Shown here piece by piece: positions 50,130 to 59,256 of a stretch of DNA of 64,000 nt; the stretch's first letter is position 1, and each line of letters opens with the position of its first letter. The notes below the pieces were generated by a model that was not told the origin of the DNA, searched no databases, and saw only the letters and a list, made by a program, of their open reading frames with translations. The position numbers were made by a program, and so were the translations under genes. Location of the stretch: the NCBI GenBank assembly GCA_028342535.1, contig JAOLWQ010000002.1:33484-97483 (forward strand). Reading direction: 5' to 3'. Source of the stretch: Methylophilaceae bacterium. GTDB lineage: Bacteria > Pseudomonadota > Gammaproteobacteria > Burkholderiales > Methylophilaceae.

Positions 50130-51450
50130 TTAGATTACCCACCATACCCTCTAAATCTTCAATCTCTTTTGGAGCATTCTCACTCAAAACTTTACTTCCT
50201 GAGGATGTAACTAGAACATCATCTTCGATTCGAATACCAATACCCCAAAATTCTTTGGGAACATTGCTATTTGGCTTAATATAGCATCCAGGCTCGACAG
50301 TTAAAACATTGTTTTCCTCAAATTTTACAGGTTTTGATTTACCATCTTCTGTAGGATCTTCAAAATATTGTCCGGCATCATGGACATCTAAACCTAGCCA
50401 ATGACTGGTTCGATGCATAAAAAATTCTTTATAAAGCTCTTTTTCAAAGACCTCATCGCGAGAAGCTTTTAATATTTTTAAATCGATTAGTCCGTTAACA
50501 ATTTGCTCAATAGCTGCATTGTGCGGAGCATCAAAATAGTTACCAGGTATAACTTTATTGATAGCTTCTTTTTGTGCATTAAGAACAACCTGATAAATAT
50601 CTTTTTGTGCTGAGGAAAATTTTCCATTAACAGGGTATGTTCTTGTAATGTCAGACGCATAGCTTTCTAATTCACATCCGGCATCAATTAACAGCAAGTC
50701 ACCATCATTTAAGATACTATTATTTTCAATATAATGAAGGGTGCATGCATTAATCCCTGAAGCAACGATAGAGCTATAAGCCGGATATCTTGCACCATTT
50801 TGCATAAATTGATTTAATATTTCCCCTTCGATTTGATATTCGTATTTACCAGGCTTTGTTATACTCATTGCATGTATATGAGCTTGGGCAGCAATATTAG
50901 CTGACTCCTGCATGATGTTGATTTCGCCTTCACTTTTAAGTCGTCGCATATTATCTAATATCTTGCTTAAATCACAGCATTCATTCACAACGCTTTTTTT
51001 ACTCAACCAATTTTGGATATTTACATTAGTTTTAAGTCCACAATTCGATGGAATCTTTGTTGGTATGCAGTAGATATTTTTATTAGGGATGTAATTTCTT
51101 AAGATTTTAGGCGCTATTTTATCAATATCATCAAGCGAGTAAGACTCATCAAATAAAAATTGCTTTGCTGCTTCTTCAGGCCCATAAATATATCCATTCC
51201 ATATTTCTTTGCTTTCCTCTTTAGGCTTACAAAAAATAACTGATCTAGGCTGATTGCCGCCTAATATCAGAATTACTGCTTCAGGCTCTGGAAATCCAGA
51301 CAAGTAATGAAAGTAGCTATCAGACCGAAATGGATATTCGCAATCCCTATTTCTTGAAGATTCATCTGAATTAGAAATTATAGCTATTCCATCTCCAAGG
51401 ATATCTATTAAATTTTTTCTTCTATTCTGAAATTCTATATATTTATTCAT
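50122..51450 (-). CDS. pepP: Xaa-Pro aminopeptidase
   Basis: 442 aa. M24B metal ligands: DAGCE..YASDITRT, HRTSHWLGLDVHD, EPG, IRIEDD. Confidence 0.92.
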   Translation of the reverse strand: MNKYIEFQNRRKNLIDILGDGIAIISNSDESSRNRDCEYPFRSDSYFHYLSGFPEPEAVILILGGNQPRSVIFCKPKEESKEIWNGYIYGPEEAAKQFLFDESYSLDDIDKIAPKILRNYIPNKNIYCIPTKIPSNCGLKTNVNIQNWLSKKSVVNECCDLSKILDNMRRLKSEGEINIMQESANIAAQAHIHAMSITKPGKYEYQIEGEILNQFMQNGARYPAYSSIVASGINACTLHYIENNSILNDGDLLLIDAGCELESYASDITRTYPVNGKFSSAQKDIYQVVLNAQKEAINKVIPGNYFDAPHNAAIEQIVNGLIDLKILKASRDEVFEKELYKEFFMHRTSHWLGLDVHDAGQYFEDPTEDGKSKPVKFEENNVLTVEPGCYIKPNSNVPKEFWGIGIRIEDDVLVTSSGSKVLSENAPKEIEDLEGMVGNLNE

Positions 51451-51452
51451 AG

Positions 51453-52121
51453 TTATTTTATTTTATTTATTATATTAAGTCTTTTAGGTGTCCCAATATC
51501 AGACCAAACTCCTTCAAATAATTCACCTTTTATCAAAGAATTAGATATGGAGTTGATAAGTAATGGGAGTAACTGCATTTTTGTTCCCAATTCTAGCTCA
51601 TTAAAAAATCTAGGGTGATAAATAGCAATCCCAGAAAAAGTGTACAAAATATCGGAATTGACTACTAAATAATCATTATCTAAAAGTCCAAAATCTCCAG
51701 CTTGATTGTGCTCAGGATTTTTTACAAGTACCAAATAGCAATCACTGCTATCATTTAATTCAATTAATTGTAACTTCGCATAATCAAAATTTGAAAAAAT
51801 ATCAGCATTAATTACTGCAAATGGTTCTTTACCAAGTAATGATAAGGCATTTTTAATTCCCCCTGCTGTATCTAAAATAGGGTTTTCTTCTGAATAAGTC
51901 ACACTTAAATTCCATTTTGACCCATCACCAACAAAATCTTTAATTATTTCAGGCAAATAACAAATATTAATTACAATATCTTTAAACCCCGCTGTCGATA
52001 ATTTTTCGAGATGCCATTCAATCAATGGCTTTCCTCTTGCACTAATAAGTGGCTTAGGAATATCTCTAGTAAGTTCACCCATTCTCTCTCCTCGACCAGC
52101 AGCTAAAATCATTGCCTTCAT
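51453..52121 (-). CDS. murU: N-acetylmuramate alpha-1-phosphate uridylyltransferase-like nucleotidyltransferase
   Basis: 222 aa. MKAMILAAGRGERMGELT..PKPL. Paired with an AmgK-like kinase and divergent from lptD. Confidence 0.8.
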   Translation of the reverse strand: MKAMILAAGRGERMGELTRDIPKPLISARGKPLIEWHLEKLSTAGFKDIVINICYLPEIIKDFVGDGSKWNLSVTYSEENPILDTAGGIKNALSLLGKEPFAVINADIFSNFDYAKLQLIELNDSSDCYLVLVKNPEHNQAGDFGLLDNDYLVVNSDILYTFSGIAIYHPRFFNELELGTKMQLLPLLINSISNSLIKGELFEGVWSDIGTPKRLNIINKIK

Positions 52122-53081
52122 TTAGCTAACAACTTTATCTAAAAGCTTTCTTAAAGGATGAAGGCTTTTATATCTTTCAGATGTATGCATTAAATATTTC
52201 TCAACTAAAGGTATATTTTTAAGATACTGATCTTTTTTATCACGGATTGATAGGCGTGAAAAAACTCCTAAGATTTTTAAATGTCTCTGGACTCCCATCC
52301 ATTCAAAATCTTCATAAAAGCTTGAGAAATCTTCATTTTTTATCAATCCTACTTTTTTCGAATTTTCCCAATATCTAACTACTTGGTCTAATAAAAAATC
52401 TTCGTCCCATTCTATATAAGCGTCTTTTAAAAGTGAAACAAGATCATAGGTTAAAGGGCCCATAACTGCATCTTGATAATCTAATATACCGAGATCGCTT
52501 TCCGATAAAAACATTAAGTTGCGACTATGGTAATCTCTATGAACAAAACATCTGCCTTGTGCGAGAGCCTTTTCCGAAATCAATGAAAATATTTTACTCA
52601 ACATATCCTGGTCTTCTAACTTGAAATTTTTTAATTTTTTAAGGTACCATTCTGTAAAAAGCAACATCTCGTTTATTAATAAATTACTTGAATAATCTAT
52701 AAGGCCTTTAGTATCGACCTTAGTTTGAATTTTTAATAAAGAATGGGTTGCTTTAGTGTATAGCTTAAATGCATTACTATTATCAACCACATCTAAAAAA
52801 GTTTGACTCCCTAAATCAGTCATTAATATAAATCCTAATTTTGCATCGAACGAAATAATTTTGGGTGAGTTAATCTCTGCATTTACAAGCTTCTTAGTTA
52901 TATTAATAAAGTGATCTATTCTTTCTAAATCAGGAGGGGCATCCATCAAAATATAAGTTTTATTATTGAAAATTACTCTAAAGTAACGCCTAAAACTAGC
53001 ATCAGAAGATGCAGCCTCTATTGTAAAACTATGATTTAACTGGGTTTTAATCCATTTTTGTATAATTTCTATTCTATGCAC
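52122..53081 (-). CDS. amgK: Anomeric MurNAc/GlcNAc kinase-like aminoglycoside phosphotransferase family protein
   Basis: 319 aa. Kinase motifs FVHRDYHSRNLMF and ILDYQDA. Conserved position next to murU and lptD. Confidence 0.78.
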   Translation of the reverse strand: MHRIEIIQKWIKTQLNHSFTIEAASSDASFRRYFRVIFNNKTYILMDAPPDLERIDHFINITKKLVNAEINSPKIISFDAKLGFILMTDLGSQTFLDVVDNSNAFKLYTKATHSLLKIQTKVDTKGLIDYSSNLLINEMLLFTEWYLKKLKNFKLEDQDMLSKIFSLISEKALAQGRCFVHRDYHSRNLMFLSESDLGILDYQDAVMGPLTYDLVSLLKDAYIEWDEDFLLDQVVRYWENSKKVGLIKNEDFSSFYEDFEWMGVQRHLKILGVFSRLSIRDKKDQYLKNIPLVEKYLMHTSERYKSLHPLRKLLDKVVS

Positions 53082-53226
53082 AAGCCCCCCGTTTAATCAT
53101 AAATAATCTGTTTTTTTAAAACTACTTGAGTTATAATCCATAACCCACTGATTTATATTAGTTTTGTATAAGAATATAATAAATGAATATATTAAAAATG
53201 ACTATATCAGGTTTAGATTTAATACG

Positions 53227-55497
53227 ATGATCTCATCCTTAAAAAATTACCTTATGGTTTTCTTAATACTATTTTTTAATAGTACGCTTTCCTATGGAGA
53301 AGAACAATTAAGTGATGATGACCTTTTGATAGAAGGGGATACACTTGAAAATACTTTAGATCGAAAATTAAAGGCCTCAGGAAATGCAGTTCTAAAAAAG
53401 GCGGGGAAAACAATTAAAGCAGACCTTATAGAATATGACCAAGTTTCTGATGAGCTATATGCTATAGGAAATATACATATTAAAGGAAATGGAGGGTCAT
53501 TAACTGGTTCTTCTATAGAATTGTCTATCAAAGAAAATACTGGGTCTATACCGAATGCAACATTTTCATCAACTTTAAATAAATCAAATAGTAGTTTTAA
53601 TAATAAGTTACGTGGTTCAGCTAAGATGCTATTTTTAGAAGGCGAGGGTAAGAAAAGACTTCAGAATGCATCGATTACGACATGTGAGGCAGGACAAGAT
53701 GACTGGTTTATTAAGGCATCAGAAATTGAAATTAATGATAGCTCACAAACAGTTAATGCTAAGGATGCAAAACTAGAATTCAAGGGAGTTCCAATATTGT
53801 ATTCCCCCTTAGTTAATTTTTCTTTTAATGACGATAGGAAATCAGGCTTTTTAGCCCCTTCAGTTGGAACAACATCCCGGAGTGGTTTTGAATCATCAAT
53901 TCCATATTACTTCAACCTCTCACCAACTAGTGATGCCACTTTAACACCAAGATATTTAGGGAAGCGAGGTTTTCAAATGCAAGGTGAATATAGGTACCTA
54001 GATAAAAACTATTCTGGTACGAGTAATCTAGAGTTCATGAATAAAGATAAATCTAGTGATAGAAAGAATCGATATTATGGAAAATTTCATCACCACCAAA
54101 GTATTACTAATAATATTACTGGTGGATTTAGGATGGAAAAAGTTTCAGACGATAATTATTTTTCAGATATGTCATCATTAATATCAGCTACTAGTACAAT
54201 TAATCTTCCTCAAGAAGCATATCTTAATTACACATCAGAGAAATTAGATGTTAATTTTATTGCGCAAAGATATCAAAATCTAACAACTACTAGCTCACCA
54301 TATGAAAGGCTACCAAGCATAAGTATGAATCATTCAGATGATCATGAAAATCTTGATGGATTTGTAAGCTACGAAACAGATCTTAGTATGTCTTTAACAA
54401 AATTTGAAAGAAATCATAACTTTGTTGCTTCATCAACTGATAAAAATATCTCAGGTACGAGGTTTATTTCACGACCAAGTATAGCTGTACCATTTGAAAA
54501 AAGTTATGGCTATATTAAACCCAAGTTTACAATGAATATAATGAACTACGAACTCGATGGTGGTCCAATTGGTTCCAAATCGATAACAGTACCAACACTC
54601 TCACTTGATAGTGGACTTCATTTCGATAAAAAACTAACCTTAGCGGGGAAAAGTTTTGTTCAGACTCTGGAGCCAAGATTCTTCTATTCTTATACTCCAT
54701 ACAAAAATCAAGAATCTTTACCTATGTTTGATACTGCTTTAACAGATTTGAATGCAGAAAGTTTATTTATAGAAAATCAGTTTGTTGGTGGAGATAGAGT
54801 TATGGATTCCAACCAATTTACAATTGCTGCCACAACAAGGTTTTTAGATGGTACTGGCTATGAGAGGTTAAATGCAACTTTAGCGCAAAGATTTTACTTA
54901 AGTGATAGAAAAGTTTTAAAAGAAGCACAGTTTTTAAATTCAAATTCAGCAGCACAAAGTGATTCCTCAGACTTGTTTCTAACTGCAACTGGTTATATTA
55001 GTAAAGCTTTAAGAGTTGACAGTGCTATTCAATACAACCCAGATGAAGAAATAACAAACCGAGCTACTCTAAGAACTCGTTACTCACCTCAGCCAGGAAA
55101 GTTATTAGATGCAAGCTATCGATTAATTAGAGGTCTTACAACTAACAATGACGATATAAAACAAATTAACTTAGCAGGACAATGGCCTCTAGGTGGAGGA
55201 TGGTCCTCGATTGGTCGCTACAACTACGATATAAAAAAATCTAGTGCTGTTGAGTCTCTTGGTGGTTTTGAATACGATGGTGGATGCTGGGCTTCACGAA
55301 TAGTTTTAAATAGACTTTCATTAGCTACAACTGAAAAAGCAAACTACACGCTATTTATGCAGATTGAGCTAGGCGGCTTAGGCTCACTAGGCTCAAGCAA
55401 TGATGCAAACTTATTTGATGTGTTAAATAGAAATGTGCCGGGAGCATCATTTGCATCAGGGATACCAGATCAATATAGAAAAGAAAATTTAAATTAA
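53227..55497 (+). CDS. lptD: LPS-assembly outer membrane protein LptD
   Basis: OstA N-terminal domain plus a large beta-barrel. Starting at ATG 53227 gives the signal peptide MISSLKNYLMVFLILFFNSTLSYG. The ORF-track TTG at 53164 is less likely. Confidence 0.92.
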   Translation: MISSLKNYLMVFLILFFNSTLSYGEEQLSDDDLLIEGDTLENTLDRKLKASGNAVLKKAGKTIKADLIEYDQVSDELYAIGNIHIKGNGGSLTGSSIELSIKENTGSIPNATFSSTLNKSNSSFNNKLRGSAKMLFLEGEGKKRLQNASITTCEAGQDDWFIKASEIEINDSSQTVNAKDAKLEFKGVPILYSPLVNFSFNDDRKSGFLAPSVGTTSRSGFESSIPYYFNLSPTSDATLTPRYLGKRGFQMQGEYRYLDKNYSGTSNLEFMNKDKSSDRKNRYYGKFHHHQSITNNITGGFRMEKVSDDNYFSDMSSLISATSTINLPQEAYLNYTSEKLDVNFIAQRYQNLTTTSSPYERLPSISMNHSDDHENLDGFVSYETDLSMSLTKFERNHNFVASSTDKNISGTRFISRPSIAVPFEKSYGYIKPKFTMNIMNYELDGGPIGSKSITVPTLSLDSGLHFDKKLTLAGKSFVQTLEPRFFYSYTPYKNQESLPMFDTALTDLNAESLFIENQFVGGDRVMDSNQFTIAATTRFLDGTGYERLNATLAQRFYLSDRKVLKEAQFLNSNSAAQSDSSDLFLTATGYISKALRVDSAIQYNPDEEITNRATLRTRYSPQPGKLLDASYRLIRGLTTNNDDIKQINLAGQWPLGGGWSSIGRYNYDIKKSSAVESLGGFEYDGGCWASRIVLNRLSLATTEKANYTLFMQIELGGLGSLGSSNDANLFDVLNRNVPGASFASGIPDQYRKENLN

Positions 55498-56804
55498 TGA
55501 ACACAAAAATTTATTTTGCTTTATTTTATTTTCTAACTATATTTCAAATAAATTCAAATCTTTTAGCAGAAGAAAAATATAAAGAACTTGATAGAGTAGT
55601 AGCTATAGTAGAAAAAGAAGTTATCACAGAAGTAGAGCTCAAAAAATCAATTGAAAAAGTATTAAAGATGTCAAAAGAAAAAGATATAGCTGAAGCACAA
55701 TATCAAGAATTAGTTAAGGCAAATGTTTTAGATAAGCTTATTCACAAAAGCTTAATTGAACAATATGCAGCTCAATCTGGTTATACTGTAGATCAAAAGA
55801 AGGTAGATAAATTTATAGCGCAGATTGCTAAAAAAAATGAATTGTCTATTGATAAATTAAAAGAAAATATTGCCAGTGAGGGGATAAAATTTAGTGAATT
55901 TTTAGATAATATTCGATATGAATTGCTTCTAAAGCAAATAAAAAATAAAGAAATTAGTACAAAAATTAATATTTCTGACTTTGAAATAGACTCTCAATTG
56001 CGAAAAAATGCAGTACAAAATCCAGACATATTTAATTTATCCCATATATTAATAAAAAATTCTGAGGCAGCTTCACTCTCTGAAATAGAAGCTAACAATA
56101 AAAAAAGTATCAAAGTTTATGAAATATTGTTATCCAACAAAAATTTTGAAAAAGTAGCTCAAGAATATTCAGATGATTCAACAGCTAAATCTGGAGGAAA
56201 TATTGGATGGAAAAAAGAACAAGAACTCCCTCAATTATTCATTGATGAGATTGCTAAAATCAATGAAGGAGAAATAACTAAGCCTTTCAAATCTCCAAGT
56301 GGATTCCACATATTAAAGATAAATGAAAAAAAAGGTATCAAAAAGAAGAAGATTCTTATAAAGCAAACTAAATTAAGGCATATTATTATCAAGCAAAATG
56401 AAATTACTCCAGAAAAAGAAATACTAAAGAGATTAGAGCGATTTAAGAATTTAATTATTGATGGAAGTAAAAATTTTGAAGATTTAGCAAAAGAATATTC
56501 AGAAGATGGTTCAGCAGCAGATGGCGGAAATCTTGGTTGGGTCAGTCCAGGAACAACCCTACCACTTTTTGAGAGTACTTATGATAGTCTGGATATTAAT
56601 GAAATTAGTGACCCAATTAATACCCCTTTAGGTTGGCACATACTTCAAGTCACTGAAAGAAGAGAAAATGATTTAACAGATGAATCATTTAAATACTCTG
56701 CTAAAGTGCAATTGATTAAACAAAAAACTGAACTCATTTTTAAGGACTGGATAAAGCAACTAAGGGATCAGTCGTTTATTGAAATAAGAATAATCCAAGA
56801 TTGA
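55497..56804 (+). CDS. surA: Periplasmic chaperone / PPIase SurA
   Basis: 435 aa. Signal peptide, SurA N-domain, and two parvulin domains (GFHILK, GWHILQV). Confidence 0.9.
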   Translation: MNTKIYFALFYFLTIFQINSNLLAEEKYKELDRVVAIVEKEVITEVELKKSIEKVLKMSKEKDIAEAQYQELVKANVLDKLIHKSLIEQYAAQSGYTVDQKKVDKFIAQIAKKNELSIDKLKENIASEGIKFSEFLDNIRYELLLKQIKNKEISTKINISDFEIDSQLRKNAVQNPDIFNLSHILIKNSEAASLSEIEANNKKSIKVYEILLSNKNFEKVAQEYSDDSTAKSGGNIGWKKEQELPQLFIDEIAKINEGEITKPFKSPSGFHILKINEKKGIKKKKILIKQTKLRHIIIKQNEITPEKEILKRLERFKNLIIDGSKNFEDLAKEYSEDGSAADGGNLGWVSPGTTLPLFESTYDSLDINEISDPINTPLGWHILQVTERRENDLTDESFKYSAKVQLIKQKTELIFKDWIKQLRDQSFIEIRIIQD

Positions 56805-57787
56805 AAAAAAATATCATAAAAATATTAATTCTTTCAGGGGAGCCAGCAGGCATTGGTTTGGACCTATGTATAAAATTAGCTTACAAAAAATTCCCTGCTG
56901 CAATAACTATCTTAGCTAATCATAATGCAATTCTAGATAGAGCTAGGCTTTATAACAAAAAAATTAAAATATTAAAAAAGCCAGTTTTACATAAAGGTAT
57001 TGGTGAACTTCATATAATTGACGTTCCTCTTAAGCAAAAAGTATTTCCTGGGAAATTAGAAAAATTAAATTCATTAGCTCAACTAGGTGCAATTGATTTT
57101 GCTGTTACTGAATGTATGCAAAAAAAATATGATGCTCTTGTAACACTCCCAGTTAATAAAAAAATACTCTCTTCCCAGAATAAAAAGTTTACAGGGCATA
57201 CAGAATATATCTCGACCTTGTGTGGCACCAAAAATAAAGAAGTTATGTTGCTTGCACATAAAAATTTTAAGGTTGCACTGGTGACAACCCATATTACACT
57301 TCAAGATGTTCCAAAATCAATTACGAAAAGAAAATTGGAGCAAACAATTAGAACCCTCAATGGTGATTTAAAAAATATTTTTCAAATTAAAAACCCAAGA
57401 ATAACTATTACAGGTCTGAATCCTCATGCTGGTGAAGATGGTGAATTTGGAATTGAAGAAATAAAAATAATAACACCAATAATAAAAAAACTTTCTAAAG
57501 AAGGTTTAAATTTAATAGGGCCAATCCCTGCTGATACTGCATTTACGAAAAAGTATATTAAAAATACAGATAGTTTTCTAGCAATGTATCATGATCAAGG
57601 TCTAGCACCCTTCAAAGCTCTTGCCTTTAATAATGGTGTAAATACAACTTTAGGGCTTCCAATAATCCGAACCTCAGTCGACCATGGAACTGCCTTAGAT
57701 TTAGTTGGCTCAAAAAAAATTAATGGATTTAGCTTATATGAATCTATCTCTTTAGCAATAAAGCTAGCAAAAAATAAAAAAAAATGA
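56801..57787 (+). CDS. pdxA: 4-hydroxythreonine-4-phosphate dehydrogenase
   Basis: 328 aa. SGEPAGIG, GLNPHAGE, HGTA. TTG start overlapping the surA stop; there is no in-frame ATG before the GEPAGIG motif. Confidence 0.92.
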   Translation: MKKNIIKILILSGEPAGIGLDLCIKLAYKKFPAAITILANHNAILDRARLYNKKIKILKKPVLHKGIGELHIIDVPLKQKVFPGKLEKLNSLAQLGAIDFAVTECMQKKYDALVTLPVNKKILSSQNKKFTGHTEYISTLCGTKNKEVMLLAHKNFKVALVTTHITLQDVPKSITKRKLEQTIRTLNGDLKNIFQIKNPRITITGLNPHAGEDGEFGIEEIKIITPIIKKLSKEGLNLIGPIPADTAFTKKYIKNTDSFLAMYHDQGLAPFKALAFNNGVNTTLGLPIIRTSVDHGTALDLVGSKKINGFSLYESISLAIKLAKNKKK

Positions 57788-58563
57788 TTCGTGCGAAAAA
57801 AAGATTTGGTCAAAACTTTTTAATTGACCAACAAATAATAAAAAAAATATTAGATTTAATAAATATTAATGAAACGGAATCTATTCTTGAAATAGGTCCT
57901 GGTCTTGGGGCGTTAACAATACCATTATTAAATAAATTAAAACATATCAATGTAGTTGAGATTGATACAGATATGGTTGAGTATTTATCAAAAAAAATAC
58001 CTTCTTCTAAAATAACTATCCATCAGGAAGATATTTTAAATGTTGAGGATACTTTGTTCTCGGACTATAGTCTTATTATTGGAAACCTACCTTACTATAT
58101 ATCGACTCCAATTCTTCTAAAACTAGCTAAAATAAAAAATAATAATGCTGGTCTTTTCTTTATGCTCCAAAAAGAAGTTGCTGAAAGAGTTTCAGCTCAG
58201 CCTTCAACAAAGATGTATGGGAGGCTATCCTCCATGTTGCAATACTTTTTTAATGTGGAGCTTTTATTTGATATTCCCGCTGAATCTTTTAATCCACAAC
58301 CAAAGATAACATCATCCTTTGTTAAATTTACTAGGAAAAATATAAAGGATTTAAATGCATTGAATGATGACAACTACGAAAAGATAATTAAATTAGCTTT
58401 TCAACATAAAAGAAAAACTCTGAAAAATAACTTTAAAGGTATTCTTGATGATTCTGACTTCTCTATTTTGGGCATTGATCCAAAAGTGAGAGCTGAAACT
58501 CTTTCTATAGATAATTTTATAAATATTGAAAACTATTTAGATCAAAGAAAACTATCGTTTTGA
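57784..58563 (+). CDS. rsmA: 16S rRNA (adenine1518/1519-N6)-dimethyltransferase
   Basis: 259 aa. FGQNFL, EIGPGLGALT, GNLPYYIS. Confidence 0.93.
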   Translation: MIRAKKRFGQNFLIDQQIIKKILDLININETESILEIGPGLGALTIPLLNKLKHINVVEIDTDMVEYLSKKIPSSKITIHQEDILNVEDTLFSDYSLIIGNLPYYISTPILLKLAKIKNNNAGLFFMLQKEVAERVSAQPSTKMYGRLSSMLQYFFNVELLFDIPAESFNPQPKITSSFVKFTRKNIKDLNALNDDNYEKIIKLAFQHKRKTLKNNFKGILDDSDFSILGIDPKVRAETLSIDNFINIENYLDQRKLSF

Positions 58564-58600
58564 TTGCTGTTATAATTTTTAATTTCTTGGAACAAAATCT

Positions 58601-59254
58601 ATGCAAATAATTCTATTAGGTGCTCCTGGAGCAGGGAAAGGAACCCAGGCAAATTTTCTCAAATCAAAATTCAATATCCCTCAAATTTCAACTGGAGACA
58701 TGCTGAGATCAGCTGTAACCAATAAAACAGAACTTGGTATTTCAGCAAAAGATTATATGGATCGTGGGTTTTTAGTGCCGGATAATTTAATAATTAACCT
58801 TGTTAAATTAAGAATTAAAGATGCCGATTGTAAGAATGGCTTTCTGCTGGATGGTTTTCCAAGAACGATTCCTCAAGCTCAAGCAATGAAAAATGCAAAT
58901 ATTTATGTTAATTATGTTGTTGAAATCAAAGTTCCTGATAATGATATTGTTGAAAGGTTGAGTGGAAGAAGGATACACCCAAAATCTGGAAGAATTTACC
59001 ACATAAAGCATAACCCTCCAAAAGTAGAAGATATAGATGATTTAACTGGTGAACCTCTTATTATTCGCGATGATGATATTGAGAAAACAATCCTAGAAAG
59101 ATTAGCTACGTACCATAAGCAAACGGAGCCATTAGTTTCTTTTTATTTTGAATGGTCGAAGGAAAATATATCAAATAAACCTATATTTATCAATATTGAC
59201 GGCACTAAAGCACCTAACCAAGTTAACAATGATTTAAATGAGAAGCTAACCTAA
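58601..59254 (+). CDS. adk: Adenylate kinase
   Basis: 217 aa. P-loop [10 protein letters not shown] and LLDGFPRT. Confidence 0.96.
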   Translation: MQIILLGAPGAGKGTQANFLKSKFNIPQISTGDMLRSAVTNKTELGISAKDYMDRGFLVPDNLIINLVKLRIKDADCKNGFLLDGFPRTIPQAQAMKNANIYVNYVVEIKVPDNDIVERLSGRRIHPKSGRIYHIKHNPPKVEDIDDLTGEPLIIRDDDIEKTILERLATYHKQTEPLVSFYFEWSKENISNKPIFINIDGTKAPNQVNNDLNEKLT

Positions 59255-59256
59255 TC

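Noticed and set aside
53164-53226. N-terminal extensions implied by ORF-track starts: lptD TTG 53164, yciB 3200, kdsB 19226, rppH 36700
   Set aside because: The downstream ATG codons give N-termini matching the respective families (signal peptide for LptD; MKFLFD for YciB; MNFNVVIPARY for KdsB; MIDQEGYRPNV for RppH). For kdsB, the extension would overlap the Trm112-like gene.
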